Assembly: GCA_964291235.2 (NCBI GenBank)
Contig: OZ219816.1
Location: 128,001-192,000, forward strand
DNA length: 64,000 nucleotides
Reading direction: 5' to 3'
Origin: Vicinamibacteria bacterium
Lineage (GTDB): Bacteria; Acidobacteriota; Vicinamibacteria; Marinacidobacterales; Marinacidobacteraceae
Shown: piece by piece, positions 8,342 through 19,087 of the stretch
Numbering within the stretch: the stretch's first letter is position 1
Layout: each line of letters opens with the position of its first letter
The notes under the pieces: generated by a model
What the model saw: only the letters and a program-made list of their open reading frames with translations
What the model was told of the DNA's origin: nothing
Databases searched by the model: none
Position numbers and translations under genes: made by a program

Positions 8342-10849
8342 CTACCAGGGATCCGCGGCGCGAGACCGGAAAGTGGTCACCTCGAGGCGGCCGTCCGGGC
8401 CAATCGCAACGGTCACCGCGCCGAACCGGTCCGTTCGGTAAACCCGGGCACCGCTTCTCCGGAGGCGTTCCAGAACTCCCGTGTCGGGGAGGCGGCGCCT
8501 CGAATCGGCGCGGACCGACACCAGAGCCACCGCGGGGTTCACTTTCGCCAGAAAGTCCGGCGTGGTGGAAAACCGGCTGCCGTGATGGCCCACCTTGAGC
8601 ACGTCGGCGCGCAGCGCGGCTCCGTAACGGGCGGCCAGCTCCCGCTCGGTCGCCGCGCCGGCGTCTCCCGTGAGCAGCAGCCGCCGGCCGGCGTAGTCCA
8701 CCGCCAGCACCACCGAGCGTTCATTGGAACGCTGCTCGCGCCCCGCACCGTGGTCTCCGGCGAGCAACACCGAGAATCGGGCGCCGCCCCGCTCGAACCG
8801 CGCCCCGGCCCGCAGACGCCGGATGCGAATCCCCCGCCGCTCCCTTTCGGCGCGCAGCGCGCGGACGGCGGGCCGCTGATCCTCGGTCGTACCGCGTCCT
8901 TCCCAGATCTCGTCCACCCGGAAATCGCGGAAGACAGCGGGGAACCCTCCGACGTGATCCAGATCGCCATGCGTCGGAACCACGGCCGCGAGCTTCCGGT
9001 ACCCCATTTCCGCCAGGAACGGGGCGACGACCGCCTCGCCGGCGCTCCAGCCGCCAAAGGCGGTTCCCGCGTCGAGGAGAACGGCTTCCCCGCTGGGGAG
9101 GGAAAGCAGGAGCGCGTCGCCCATTCCCACATCCAGCGCGGTGAGCCGAAGGGCGCCGTCCGCCGGCCCGGCGCGGGGCAAGGTGGCGAGCGCGAGGAAA
9201 ACCAGGCCAACCGCCGGCAGGACCCGCCGGCCTCCCCGCAGCACCAGGGCGATGATCGCGAGCCCCAACCAGATGACGAGCCAGGCAAATCCGGGACGCG
9301 CCACGGGGAAGGCGCCGAAAGGAAGGGCAGCGCCCCACTCGCTGAGCCCGATGAGCGCCTCCGTGGAGAGCGTGAGGAGTGCTCCGACGGCGTCTCCCGG
9401 TGATCCGGTTTTCGCCAGCGCCAGCCAGCCGAATCCGAAACCGAGGACCGGCCCCGCCAGCAGGCCGGAGGGAACGGCAACGAGCAGCCCGCCGAAGACC
9501 ACGCGGCCGAAATGCCAGGCAATGATGGGGAAGGTAGCGAGCTGCGCGGCCAGGGTGACCGCCAGCGGAGCCAGGATCCAGGCCCGCCAGCGCGCCGGAG
9601 GATCCCAGGAGATTTCCGCCGGGTCCCGCCGGCGGCAAGCCGCAATGATCGCGAGGGTCGCCGCGAAGCTGAGCTGGAAGCCGACGTCGAGCGCGTTCCA
9701 GGGGGAATGGGCGAGGAGTACGAACGCCGCCAGCCCCAGACCGTTCAGGGCGTGCCCGGAGAGTCCCCGGCTGAGTCCCAGGATCACCACGGACGCCATC
9801 AGAACAGCCCGGACGACGGAGGGTCGCCCGCCACAGAGGGCGGCGTAGAGCGGCAAGAGGAACAGCACGATCAGGAGCGCCGTCCGCCGCGGCACGCCGG
9901 CCAGTACCAGGGTTCCATAGACCAGCAGGCTGAAGAGGCCCACATGGAGGCCGCTCACCGCCATCAGATGGAGCGTCCCGGCGTCGCGAAAGGCCCGCTC
10001 CGTCTCGGGCGGCGCGAGCGCGCGATCGCCGATGAGCATCGCGTTGAGGACCGCCAGGACATCGTCTTTGAACCCGCCCTCCCGGAGGCGCTCCCGGATC
10101 CCGGCCCGCAGACGCTGGACGGCTCGCCAGGGCGCGGGGCCGGGCGCGACTTCCCGCACCAGGAGGCCACTCTTGGTGGATCCGAAGAGCGCCACCTTTC
10201 CCCGCACCTCCCGGCCGCCCGGATTCCCCGCAGGGCGTGGCTCGGCAACCCGCGCCCAGAGGGCTACGCGCGTTCCCCGCGCAAACCGGCGGAGGCGATC
10301 GCGGTGACCCCCATCCACGGTGATCCGGACCTCCCCGCGGGCCTCCGACTCCTGGCGGTTGGCGCCGAAGCTCTCCACCTCGAGGGCGAGCGAGGTGCGG
10401 CGGCCGGAGTCTTCCGGCTCGCCGAGCAGGATCCCCTCGAGTTGCACGGGGCGTGTAAGGCGCTCCGAACCGAGCGCCCGAACGGCTCCGGCAAGCGAGG
10501 ACTCCGAGCCCGGGAGCGGCCGGCAGAGGATTCCCGCAATGAAGGCGGCGAGCAGCAGGAAAACCGTTTTCGCGCTACGGGAGAGCCCGAGGCGCCGGCG
10601 CGTCCCCCGCCGCCCGGAAGAACTTCCGGGGAGCAGGCCCGGAACGAGCAGGCCGGTGCCGATGAGGAACAACACCGCCACCGGGAACCCCGGCCAGTGC
10701 GGTGGCCCGGGCATCGCCGCCGACGCGCTGATGCCTCCCCAAAATGCCGTCGCCAGCAGGAGCAGGGGGGCGGAAGCCGCACCCCCGAGACGGGTTGCCG
10801 CGGCAGGCTCGGCCCGGGTCCTGGCGAGGTGGGGATCCATGATCTCCAC
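8342..10849 (-). CDS. comEC: DNA internalization competence protein ComEC/Rec2
   Basis: HLMAVSGLHVG, PSVVRA, GFQLSF, then beta-lactamase domain LDVGMGDA, THGDLDHVGG, LTGDA, KVGHHGS. Confidence 0.95.
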   Translation of the reverse strand: MEIMDPHLARTRAEPAAATRLGGAASAPLLLLATAFWGGISASAAMPGPPHWPGFPVAVLFLIGTGLLVPGLLPGSSSGRRGTRRRLGLSRSAKTVFLLLAAFIAGILCRPLPGSESSLAGAVRALGSERLTRPVQLEGILLGEPEDSGRRTSLALEVESFGANRQESEARGEVRITVDGGHRDRLRRFARGTRVALWARVAEPRPAGNPGGREVRGKVALFGSTKSGLLVREVAPGPAPWRAVQRLRAGIRERLREGGFKDDVLAVLNAMLIGDRALAPPETERAFRDAGTLHLMAVSGLHVGLFSLLVYGTLVLAGVPRRTALLIVLFLLPLYAALCGGRPSVVRAVLMASVVILGLSRGLSGHALNGLGLAAFVLLAHSPWNALDVGFQLSFAATLAIIAACRRRDPAEISWDPPARWRAWILAPLAVTLAAQLATFPIIAWHFGRVVFGGLLVAVPSGLLAGPVLGFGFGWLALAKTGSPGDAVGALLTLSTEALIGLSEWGAALPFGAFPVARPGFAWLVIWLGLAIIALVLRGGRRVLPAVGLVFLALATLPRAGPADGALRLTALDVGMGDALLLSLPSGEAVLLDAGTAFGGWSAGEAVVAPFLAEMGYRKLAAVVPTHGDLDHVGGFPAVFRDFRVDEIWEGRGTTEDQRPAVRALRAERERRGIRIRRLRAGARFERGGARFSVLLAGDHGAGREQRSNERSVVLAVDYAGRRLLLTGDAGAATERELAARYGAALRADVLKVGHHGSRFSTTPDFLAKVNPAVALVSVRADSRRRLPDTGVLERLRRSGARVYRTDRFGAVTVAIGPDGRLEVTTFRSRAADPW

Positions 10850-10863
10850 CCGAGTCCGCCGCG

Positions 10864-11538
10864 CTAGTCGAGTCGGGCGGGGGGTCCCAGCCCGAACACC
10901 TGCTCTACCCGGCGCCGAACCGCCTGTTCAAAGGTCTCTCGCCAGGTGGACTCCGGCATGCGCGCCCGATAGGGAGCGAGTTTCTGTCGCACCTCGCTCT
11001 CGATCTCCTCGCGAGCCTCGGCGGAGAGCGCCGCCGCGAACCGGGCCAGCAGGTCTTTCTGAATCGCCTTCAGCGCCTTCGCGGTGTCGGCCGAAGCGCC
11101 CGGGGCGGCGCCCAGCCGCTCCATTCGGGCAGCCGCTTGGCGAGCCGCGGTGACCAGATCACCGGCAGTCCCCGGATTCACGACCGGCCCTCTCTCCGGG
11201 GACCACTCCCGCAGGCGATCCACAAGCCGGTCGGGGTCATTGCCGGTCCCGGCTTCAGGGCGCGGGGGCACGGCGGCGCCCGCCTTCCGCAGGCGCTTCG
11301 CATCGAACGCCGCCTCGACCTCCCGGGTGCATTCCCCGAGCGGCATCCGGGCAGATACCCGCGTCCGTCCCGAGAATGCGGCGCGGATCCCGGAGAGCAC
11401 GACCTCGAGAGGAATCCCCCGTTTCTCCCAGCGGCTCACCACGTCCCAATCGGCCGGGGTAAGGGTCAGCCCTCCGCGGAGATCCAGAAAGGTCCGCTCG
11501 ACGGTCCGAAAGTAGTCGGGAGCGGCCGGCCGGGTCAT
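10864..11538 (-). CDS. Conserved hypothetical protein (helical; DnaD-like N-terminal signature)
   Basis: YF..VE..F...RG...LTPADW..V..W...GIPLEVV..GI. ATGA-coupled to birA. Confidence 0.65.
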   Translation of the reverse strand: MTRPAAPDYFRTVERTFLDLRGGLTLTPADWDVVSRWEKRGIPLEVVLSGIRAAFSGRTRVSARMPLGECTREVEAAFDAKRLRKAGAAVPPRPEAGTGNDPDRLVDRLREWSPERGPVVNPGTAGDLVTAARQAAARMERLGAAPGASADTAKALKAIQKDLLARFAAALSAEAREEIESEVRQKLAPYRARMPESTWRETFEQAVRRRVEQVFGLGPPARLD

Positions 11539-12449
11539 GCCGGCCGGGTTCCTGGAGCCGATCCGGGACGCTGCCTCGCATGAAGGATCCGCACGGCCTC
11601 GCTTGCGGTGATCACCTGGATTCCGCCGCCCGGAGTCCGCACCTGCAGAGCGCCTGCCGGGGCCAACCCGCCAGTCTCGCCGCGGACCGCTCGGGCGCCA
11701 CGCAGCCGCACCTCACAGGGGCACCCCCGGGCCGTGGGACTGAGCGACTCCCAGGCTCCCCGGAGCGCCACCGCGTCCGCTGCCAGAAGACCCACGGCCC
11801 GGTGCAGGGAAGCCACCAGGGCGCACGCCAGTTCGATCCGATCGACGCCCGGCGGCAGCCAGCCCGGCGGCCGCGCACCGGGAGGGAGCGCGGGCCGGGC
11901 GGCATTCCGGCCCCCGGTTGTGGAGAGCGCAACCGGGGCCAGATTGACGCCGAAACCGACAACCGCCAATTGCGGGGAGTCGCGCCGAAATCCAATTTCG
12001 GCCAGCACGCCCGCCACCTTCCTGCCGTCCCAATCCAGATCGTTCGGCCACCGGATCTCGGCAGGAACTCCGGCGATCTGCCGCACCGCCCGCGCGAGGG
12101 CGACGCCCGCGGCCAGCGGCAGCAGCGACCACGCGCTGTTTGGGCTCCCGCCCATTCCCGGTGGGGGTTCGACCAGGGCGCTCAGATAGAGCCCGCCGGG
12201 CGGAGACACCCAGGTCCGCCCGAAACGGCCCCTCCCATGGGTCTGCGACCCAGCGACGAAGACGCTTCCCCCACGGCGAACCGGCCCGGCGTCCAGCGCT
12301 GTCGCCTTCGCGAGGTCGTTCGTGGAGGAGACGCGTTCCCAGATGCCGACGAACGGCGGTGGAGTTCCGGTGGCGGTGCGGATGGCGGCCGCGAGGGGGC
12401 TCGGCGCGCACCTGGAACCGGAGGGCTCGGTGGCAGTCAACTCCGGCAT
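11535..12449 (-). CDS. birA: Biotin--[acetyl-CoA-carboxylase] ligase (no HTH)
   Basis: SSTND, QTHGRGRFGRTW.SP, IRWPNDL, RKVAGVL.E, GFGVN. Start taken at ATG 12449 to avoid a long overlap. Confidence 0.9.
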   Translation of the reverse strand: MPELTATEPSGSRCAPSPLAAAIRTATGTPPPFVGIWERVSSTNDLAKATALDAGPVRRGGSVFVAGSQTHGRGRFGRTWVSPPGGLYLSALVEPPPGMGGSPNSAWSLLPLAAGVALARAVRQIAGVPAEIRWPNDLDWDGRKVAGVLAEIGFRRDSPQLAVVGFGVNLAPVALSTTGGRNAARPALPPGARPPGWLPPGVDRIELACALVASLHRAVGLLAADAVALRGAWESLSPTARGCPCEVRLRGARAVRGETGGLAPAGALQVRTPGGGIQVITASEAVRILHARQRPGSAPGTRPA

Positions 12450-12490
12450 TGCGGAAGCAGGCACTGTCGCTCCCGTCCGCAAAGAGCCCG

Positions 12491-12943
12491 TCAGGAACGG
12501 TAGAGCGCCCGCCGGCGGCGAAGTTCGGCGAGTCGCGACCCGAGAGTCCGCGCCGCCTCGGAAGTCGGCGTGTCGGGACCGAATACCTGGGCAACGCCCA
12601 TTTCGCAAAGATCGCCTACGTCCCGATCGGGAATGAGGCCGCCCACAAACACCGGAACGTCGCCGAGTCCGCGCTCGGAGAGCCCCTCCAGGATCCGCCG
12701 GACCAACGGACGGTGGGCGCCCGAGAGAATGGAGACGCCGACCGCCTCCACATCTTCCTGGAGCGCGGCCTCGACAATCTCCTCGGGAGTTCTCCGGAGC
12801 CCGGTATAGATGACTTCGAAGCCGGCGTCCCGAAGTGCCCTCGCGACCACGAGCGCGCCCCGGTCGTGCCCGTCGAGTCCCGGCTTCGCGACCAGGATCC
12901 GGTATGGCGGACTGGCCGCCAGATTGTTCGCGGTTTCGGTCAC
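12491..12943 (-). CDS. Acyl-CoA mutase small subunit / cobalamin-binding domain
   Basis: [35 protein letters not shown]. Confidence 0.93.
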   Translation of the reverse strand: MTETANNLAASPPYRILVAKPGLDGHDRGALVVARALRDAGFEVIYTGLRRTPEEIVEAALQEDVEAVGVSILSGAHRPLVRRILEGLSERGLGDVPVFVGGLIPDRDVGDLCEMGVAQVFGPDTPTSEAARTLGSRLAELRRRRALYRS

Positions 12944-15900
12944 ATCGCGCGGCGGTAGCGGCCGCCGACCTCGTACAGCGCTCCCGTGATCTGGCCGAGA
13001 CTGGCGACCTTCACGGTCTCCATCAACTCGGCGAAGACATTGCCGCCCGTGCGGGCAACCTCCTGAAGCCTGCGGAGCGCCTCCGGGGCCTCATCGCGGT
13101 GCCGGCTACGGAAGTCCTCGACACGCGCCACCTGCGCCTCTTTCTCGGCCGGGGTCGCCCGGGCGAGGGGTACCTGTTCCGGCGATGTCGCTTCCGACTC
13201 GGCCAGGAAAGTGTTCACTCCGATGATGGGGATCTCGCCGGAGTCCTTCCGCGTCTCGTAGAGCAAGGACTCTTCCTGAATCCGATTCCGCTGGTACTGA
13301 CGCTCCATCGCCGCCAACACACCGCCCCGGGCGTTGAGGCGGTCGAACTCCGCAAGTACCGCTTCTTCCACGAGATCCGTAAGCTGGGCGACGACGAACG
13401 ACCCCGAGAGAGGGTTCTCGTTCCACGCCATCCCGAACTCGGCGCGGATGATCTTCTGGATTGCCACCGCCCGGCGCACCGACTCGGGAGTGGGTGTCGT
13501 AATGGCCTCGTCGTATGCATTCGTGTGCAGCGAGTTGCAGTTGTCGTTGGTCGCGATGAGCGCCTGCAGCGTCGTCCGGATGTCGTTGAACTGCACTTCC
13601 TGGGCGTGGAGCGACCGGCCCGATGTCTGGATGTGGACCTTGAATTTCTGGCTGCGCTCCCCGGCTCCATAGCGGAGTTTCATGGCGCGCGCCCAGATTC
13701 GGCGAGCCACCCGGGCCATGACCGCGTACTCGGGATCGAGCCCGTTGCTGAAGAAGAAGGAGAGGTTCGGTGCGAAGGCGTCCACCGGAAGGCCCCGGGC
13801 CAGGTAGTACTCGACGTAGGTGAAACCGTTGGCCAGGGTGAAGGCGAGTTGGGTGATGGGATTCGCTCCGGCTTCGGCGATGTGGTAGCCGGAAATGGAG
13901 ACCGAATAGAAGTTGCGAACGCGTCGCTGTATGAAGAACTCCTGGACATCTCCCATCAGTCGGAGCGCGAAACCGGTGGAGAAAATGCAGGTGTTCTGGG
14001 CCTGGTCCTCCTTCAGGATGTCCGCCTGCACCGTGCCGCGGACCGCCTGCAGCGCCCCCGCCTTCAGTTCCTCGGCCTCTTCGGGTGAGGGCGGGCGCCC
14101 GCGCTGGTCCTCGAAAGCGCCGAGTTCCTGCAGGATCGCGGCGTTCAGGAACATCGCCAGAATCACCGGCGCCGGGCCGTTGATGGTCATGGAAACGCTG
14201 GTGGCCGGATCGGTGAGGCGGAATCCCTCGAACAGCTCGCACATGTCGTCGAGGGTCGCGATGGAGACCCCGCCCTCGCCGATCTTGCCGAAGATGTCGG
14301 GCCTCCGGGCCGGGTCATCTCCGTAGAGGGTCACGCTGTCGAAGGCCACCGAGAGCCGCGTCGCCGCTTCGGATTCCGCGAGCAGGTGGAACCTCTGGTT
14401 CGTCCGCGCCGGGCCGCCCTCTCCGGCGAACTGGCGCCTCGGGCTCTCCTCGTCCCGGCGGAACGGGAACACCCCAGCGGTGAACGGGTAGTGGCCGGGC
14501 AGGTTTTCGTCGAGAAGGAAACGAAGGGTGTCGCGGTCGCTTCCAAACCGCGGCAAGGCAACGCGCGGAATCTCCGTGCCGGCGAGCGTCTGCCGATGGG
14601 TGCTGAATTCGCGCATGCGGTCCCGCACTCGCGTCTGGTACCGCGGCGCCCGGTAACGGGCCGCCAGATCGGGCCACTCCGCCAGGAGTGCCCGGCTCTC
14701 GGTAGCGAGTTCCCGGTGCGCCTCACCGAGCCGCGCCTCCACCGCCTCGACGCCCTCATCAGCGTCCCCGGCGGCGCGAAGATCGGCAAGCGCGGCCTCC
14801 AGGTGCTCAACCCTGGCGGCCTGCTCCACCTGCTCGCCGATCCGGGCTTTTTCGCCGCGCAGGGTGTCGGCAATCTCCGCCAGGTACCCGGCTCGCGCCG
14901 GGGGAATGAGGCGCACGTCGGCCAGCAGGTCGTCCGGGCGCTCGTCGGCCGGGAACGGCAGGGAGGTTTCCGGGGAGGTTTCCGCGGAGATTTCCGCGCC
15001 CACAAGTCCATCGCGGACCACCGTGAAGAGGCCGTCGAGGCCCGGGTCCGCAAACCGGCTGGCCACCGTGGGGAGCACCGGCGCGGGGGCATGGCGCGGC
15101 AACGCCCGGGCTCGCCGGAACGCCCGGCGCACCGCAAAGAGAGCGTCCTCGGCTCCCGGATGGTCAGCCTTGTTCAAGGCCACGGCATCAGCGAGATCCA
15201 GCATGTCGATCTTTTCGAGCTGGGTCTCGGCGCCGTACTCGGAAGTCATCACGTAAAGCGAAAAATCGCTGATGTCCACGATCCGCGAGTCACCCTGTCC
15301 GATTCCGCCGGTCTCCACGACGAGCAGACCGCAGCCCGCGGCCCGCAGGATGAGAAGCGCATCGTCCACGACGGTCGCTAGTTCGGTCCCCGAGCGGCGG
15401 GTGGCCAGACTGCGCACGAACACCTCGTTTCCGCCAACCGCGTTCAACCGGATCCGATCGCCGAGGAGCGCGCCGCCGGTGCGTCGTTTCGAGGGATCCA
15501 CAGCCAGCACTCCGATCCGGCCCACCGGCCCGGAGCCCAGGTCGGGCCGCTCGGCACGGAACCTGAGGAGCAATTCGTCGAGGACCGAGCTCTTCCCCGC
15601 GCCTCCGGTACCCGTGATGCCGAGCACCGGAGCGCGGCAGCGGCCACGCTCCGCGAGCGCCGCCCGGTCGGCAGCCTCGAAACCCTCGTTTTCCGCGAAG
15701 CTGATCAGCCGGGCCGCGGCGCCATTGCGGCGCAGCGGATCGTCGCCGGCGAGGTCCTCGAGCAGCTCATCGAAAGGGCGCTGCGCACGCGCGGCGCGCG
15801 CCTCGGCGGCGTCGCGCAACATGTCGTCCACGACGCCCTCGATGCCGGTTACCCGGTCGTCGCTGGGAGAGTAGATTCGCGCCACGCCGTACGCCTCGAG

Positions 15901-16278
15901 GGCGGCGGCCTCGTGAGGGCGAATCACCCCTCCGCCCCCGCCGAATACGCGAACGTCGCCGCGGCCGGCCTCCCGCAGCAGGTCCACGAGATAGCGAAAG
16001 AACTCGTTGTGTCCTCCTTGATAGGAGGAGACGGCGATCGCGTCCGCATCCTCTTCGAGGGCGGCGGTGGCAATGTCGCCGGCCGAGCGGTTGTGCCCCA
16101 GATGAATGACTTCGGCGCCGCCCCGCTGCAGCAGGCGGCGAAACACGTGGATGGAGGCGTCGTGGCCGTCGAAGAGTGCGGTTCCGGTGACGAACCGGAG
16201 CGGAAGCTCGGCCAGGGGATCGAACCCAACCCGGGAAGCCGGCGATCCCGCCGGGGCAACACCGAACCGCGTGCTCAA
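12940..16278 (-). CDS. icmF: Fused isobutyryl-CoA mutase (B12-binding + MeaB-like GTPase + mutase)
   Basis: [34 protein letters not shown], then [46 protein letters not shown]. 1112 aa. Confidence 0.93.
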   Translation of the reverse strand: MSTRFGVAPAGSPASRVGFDPLAELPLRFVTGTALFDGHDASIHVFRRLLQRGGAEVIHLGHNRSAGDIATAALEEDADAIAVSSYQGGHNEFFRYLVDLLREAGRGDVRVFGGGGGVIRPHEAAALEAYGVARIYSPSDDRVTGIEGVVDDMLRDAAEARAARAQRPFDELLEDLAGDDPLRRNGAAARLISFAENEGFEAADRAALAERGRCRAPVLGITGTGGAGKSSVLDELLLRFRAERPDLGSGPVGRIGVLAVDPSKRRTGGALLGDRIRLNAVGGNEVFVRSLATRRSGTELATVVDDALLILRAAGCGLLVVETGGIGQGDSRIVDISDFSLYVMTSEYGAETQLEKIDMLDLADAVALNKADHPGAEDALFAVRRAFRRARALPRHAPAPVLPTVASRFADPGLDGLFTVVRDGLVGAEISAETSPETSLPFPADERPDDLLADVRLIPPARAGYLAEIADTLRGEKARIGEQVEQAARVEHLEAALADLRAAGDADEGVEAVEARLGEAHRELATESRALLAEWPDLAARYRAPRYQTRVRDRMREFSTHRQTLAGTEIPRVALPRFGSDRDTLRFLLDENLPGHYPFTAGVFPFRRDEESPRRQFAGEGGPARTNQRFHLLAESEAATRLSVAFDSVTLYGDDPARRPDIFGKIGEGGVSIATLDDMCELFEGFRLTDPATSVSMTINGPAPVILAMFLNAAILQELGAFEDQRGRPPSPEEAEELKAGALQAVRGTVQADILKEDQAQNTCIFSTGFALRLMGDVQEFFIQRRVRNFYSVSISGYHIAEAGANPITQLAFTLANGFTYVEYYLARGLPVDAFAPNLSFFFSNGLDPEYAVMARVARRIWARAMKLRYGAGERSQKFKVHIQTSGRSLHAQEVQFNDIRTTLQALIATNDNCNSLHTNAYDEAITTPTPESVRRAVAIQKIIRAEFGMAWNENPLSGSFVVAQLTDLVEEAVLAEFDRLNARGGVLAAMERQYQRNRIQEESLLYETRKDSGEIPIIGVNTFLAESEATSPEQVPLARATPAEKEAQVARVEDFRSRHRDEAPEALRRLQEVARTGGNVFAELMETVKVASLGQITGALYEVGGRYRRAM

Positions 16279-16438
16279 ATCAGACCTCCCGTGCCGACGA
16301 CTGGAAACGGCTCTTCGTGGACCGTAACACCCGGCGCGAGGCCACGCGAAGCGCCGCCCGATTCGAAGGCCGTGGATCGTGGACCTTCATGGCCCGCCAG
16401 ACGCCGGACCGCACCCCCGAGAGGAGACTCGCTTGCGG

Positions 16439-16768
16439 TTAGGCAGCTCCCACGGAGTCTTCGCCGGAGTCCGGATTGAGGCGATCGCGCAGCGCTTTCC
16501 CCGCCCGGAAGAACGGCACCCGCTTGGGGGGCACCATGATCTGCTCGCCGGTCCGCGGATTACGCGTGAGGCGCGCCTTGCGGCTACGCAGACGGAAGCT
16601 GCCGAATCCGCGAATCTCGACCTCGTCTCCCGAGCGCAAAGCCCCGGCGATCGCGTCGAAGACCGTCTCCACGATGAGGTCGGCTTCGCGACGCGTGATC
16701 CCCGTGGATTCCGATACCTCGGCGGCCAGGCGAGCGCGGGTGATGGCTGTGTCGTTCACCGCTTCCAC
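16439..16768 (-). CDS. ihfB: Integration host factor beta / HU family DNA-binding protein
   Basis: VEIRGFGSF, RNPRTGE, VPFFRAGK.LR. Directly downstream of rpsA, the typical synteny. Confidence 0.85.
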   Translation of the reverse strand: MEAVNDTAITRARLAAEVSESTGITRREADLIVETVFDAIAGALRSGDEVEIRGFGSFRLRSRKARLTRNPRTGEQIMVPPKRVPFFRAGKALRDRLNPDSGEDSVGAA

Positions 16769-18612
16769 ACGTCTCCGATCTTGACGGACACCTCACCCGA
16801 CTCGCCGTGGCGGGTGTAGCCCTCCTCGGCGGCCTTGAGCGAGAGTCCCACTTTGCGATCGTCACGGCTGAGCCGCACGATCCTCAACTTGAGCGGCTGC
16901 CCCAGGTGCAGCCGGTCCTCCGCCTTGGAGGGCGGCGGCTCGTCAATGTCGTTCAGGCGCAAGAGGCCTTCGATCCCTTCCTCGATCTGGACGAAAGCGC
17001 CGAAGTCCGCAAAGCGGATCACGGTCCCGTCCACCAAATCGCCTTCCTGATGCCGGGTGAAGAAACCTTCCCAGGCATCGTCCGAGAGCTGTTTGAGTCC
17101 GAGCGAGAGGCGCCGGTTCTCCGGATCGATGCTGAGCACCACCGTCTCCACCGAGTCCCCGACCTTGAGGACTTCGGAAGGATGGTTCACCCGCTTGTTC
17201 CAACTGAGGTCGGAGATGTGAATCAGGCCGTCGATCGAGTTGTCCACCTCGATGAAAGCGCCGAAATCGGTGAACTTCCGGACGGTGCCGGTGAGCCTCG
17301 AACCGATCGGATACTGCTCGGCCAGCCGTGGCCACGGATTGGGTTCCACCTGCTTCAAACCAAGGCTGATCCGCCGGGCCTTGAAGTCCACGCGGAGAAC
17401 CATGGCTTCCACGAAGTCACCCTTCGAGAGCAGTTTGGAAGGGTGCTTGGTGCGGCTGCTCCAACTCATCTCACTCACGTGGATGAGCCCCTCCACTCCG
17501 GGCTCCATCTCGATGAAGGCGCCGTAGTCGGTAAGGCTGACCACCTTCCCGCGGACCCGAGTTCCCGCCGAATAGCGCTCGTGGGCCGTTGTCCACGGAT
17601 CCACGTTGAGCTGCTTGTAACCGAGAGAGACGCGCTCCGCTTCGGCATCGAACCGGAGGATGACCACTTCGATCTGGTCACTCACCTTCATGAGTTCCGA
17701 AGGGTGCTCGAGCCGGCGGAAGGACATCTCCCGGATATGCAGAAGGCCGCAAATCCCGCCGATGTCCACGAACGCTCCGTATTCGGTGAGATCGCGCACC
17801 TCGCCCCGGAACACGCGCCCGACTTCGAGGGCCGCGAGGGTCTTCGTCTTCTCTTCTTCGAGGACGACCCGCCGCGAGAGAACGATGTTGCCCCGGCGCT
17901 TGTTCAGCTTGATGACCCGCAGCTCGAGCTCGCGGCCCTTGTAGCTGCCGAGGTTGCGCACCGGACGAAGGTCCACCTGGGAGCCGGGAAGGAAGCCCCG
18001 CACCCCGATTTCCCCGATGTCCACCTCGAGTCCGCCGCGAATCCGGTCCACGACGCGTCCCCGGACCGGGGTCTGTTTCTCGAACGCGTCCTCGATCTGG
18101 TTCCAGACCTTCATCTTCTCGGCTTTGCGATGCGAAAGCACGAGATGGCCGCGGCGGTTGTCGGCGCGCTGGACGAGAACGTCGATCTCGTCCCCATCGC
18201 GAACCCGGACGTTTCCGTCGACATCCTTGAATTCGTCGACCGGGATGATCCCCTCGGACTTGTACCCGACATCCACGATCACGTCGGAGTCCGTCATGTG
18301 GAGGACAGTTCCGGTGACGATGTCTCCCTCCACCAGGTGGGTTTCATACTGGTCCAGGAAGGCTTCGAATTCCGCAGCCTCCTCCGCCGAGACCGCCGAC
18401 GCGCCGCCATCCGGGGATGGGGCGGATCCGTTACCCGTCGAGTTCGTGGGTTCCGCACCCTCGGTGACCGCCTCCGGCCCCGCGGCCGCCTCTTCAGCGG
18501 GGGGTTCCGGGGTTTCCCCGGCAATGGCAGCCGGGATCTCCTCCACCGCTACCTCGCTACCGACCGCCACTGCGGCCGCTCCCTCATCCGTTTCGGGCAT
18601 ACCCTCTCTCAT
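16756..18612 (-). CDS. rpsA: 30S ribosomal protein S1 with acidic N-terminal extension
   Basis: VDVGYKSEG, FLPGSQVD and repeated YGAF/FGAF..GL.H S1 domains. Start at ATG 18612 or 18600. Confidence 0.97.
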   Translation of the reverse strand: MREGMPETDEGAAAVAVGSEVAVEEIPAAIAGETPEPPAEEAAAGPEAVTEGAEPTNSTGNGSAPSPDGGASAVSAEEAAEFEAFLDQYETHLVEGDIVTGTVLHMTDSDVIVDVGYKSEGIIPVDEFKDVDGNVRVRDGDEIDVLVQRADNRRGHLVLSHRKAEKMKVWNQIEDAFEKQTPVRGRVVDRIRGGLEVDIGEIGVRGFLPGSQVDLRPVRNLGSYKGRELELRVIKLNKRRGNIVLSRRVVLEEEKTKTLAALEVGRVFRGEVRDLTEYGAFVDIGGICGLLHIREMSFRRLEHPSELMKVSDQIEVVILRFDAEAERVSLGYKQLNVDPWTTAHERYSAGTRVRGKVVSLTDYGAFIEMEPGVEGLIHVSEMSWSSRTKHPSKLLSKGDFVEAMVLRVDFKARRISLGLKQVEPNPWPRLAEQYPIGSRLTGTVRKFTDFGAFIEVDNSIDGLIHISDLSWNKRVNHPSEVLKVGDSVETVVLSIDPENRRLSLGLKQLSDDAWEGFFTRHQEGDLVDGTVIRFADFGAFVQIEEGIEGLLRLNDIDEPPPSKAEDRLHLGQPLKLRIVRLSRDDRKVGLSLKAAEEGYTRHGESGEVSVKIGDVWKR

Positions 18613-18951
18613 TAAGCAGAAAAACCTCTTTGGTTGAGCGGGGGAGTTCGGACGCACGGGGAAAGTCACCCGTTCCGAAGACCCCTCTTACCCCGCCCGA
18701 CACTCTCCATGAACCGTCAAGGCCCGGCGGCGAACGCCGTGGTGACGCGGGGAATCGCCCATACTAGGCGCGCACACGGCCGGTTGTCAACGCGGAACGC
18801 TTGCCCGGCGCAGCCTGGCGTCCGGCCGCCCGAAGCGGGCGGGGGGCCGGCGCCGTCTCGGTCGCCTTCCCGCTCGCCCGCCGTCGGGAGGCGCCGGCAG
18901 GCATCCCGCCTGGGCGCCAAAAAGGTCCACCGGAGCCCGGCAGCCGCCGGG

Positions 18952-18960
18952 TGATAGAAT
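18952..18960 (+). promoter_or_regulatory. Extended -10 promoter (TGATAGAAT) of the oxidoreductase operon
   Basis: TGnTAGAAT about 130 nt upstream of ATG 19088, in the divergent intergenic region. Confidence 0.5.
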
Positions 18961-19087
18961 TTTCCGGCTTACTTCGCGTCGCCCGCTCGCTCTTGGGAAA
19001 AACCGGACACCGCTGGGACCGGGCGCGTCCGGTAAGAAAACTCCGTCAGCGGCTCATCAGCAACCACCAAAGGTCACGCATTCGCAC

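Noticed and set aside
16279-16438. Cobalamin riboswitch or 36-codon leader ORF upstream of icmF
   Set aside because: No B12-box consensus was recognised by eye and the short ORF has no supporting features. An Rfam scan would settle it.
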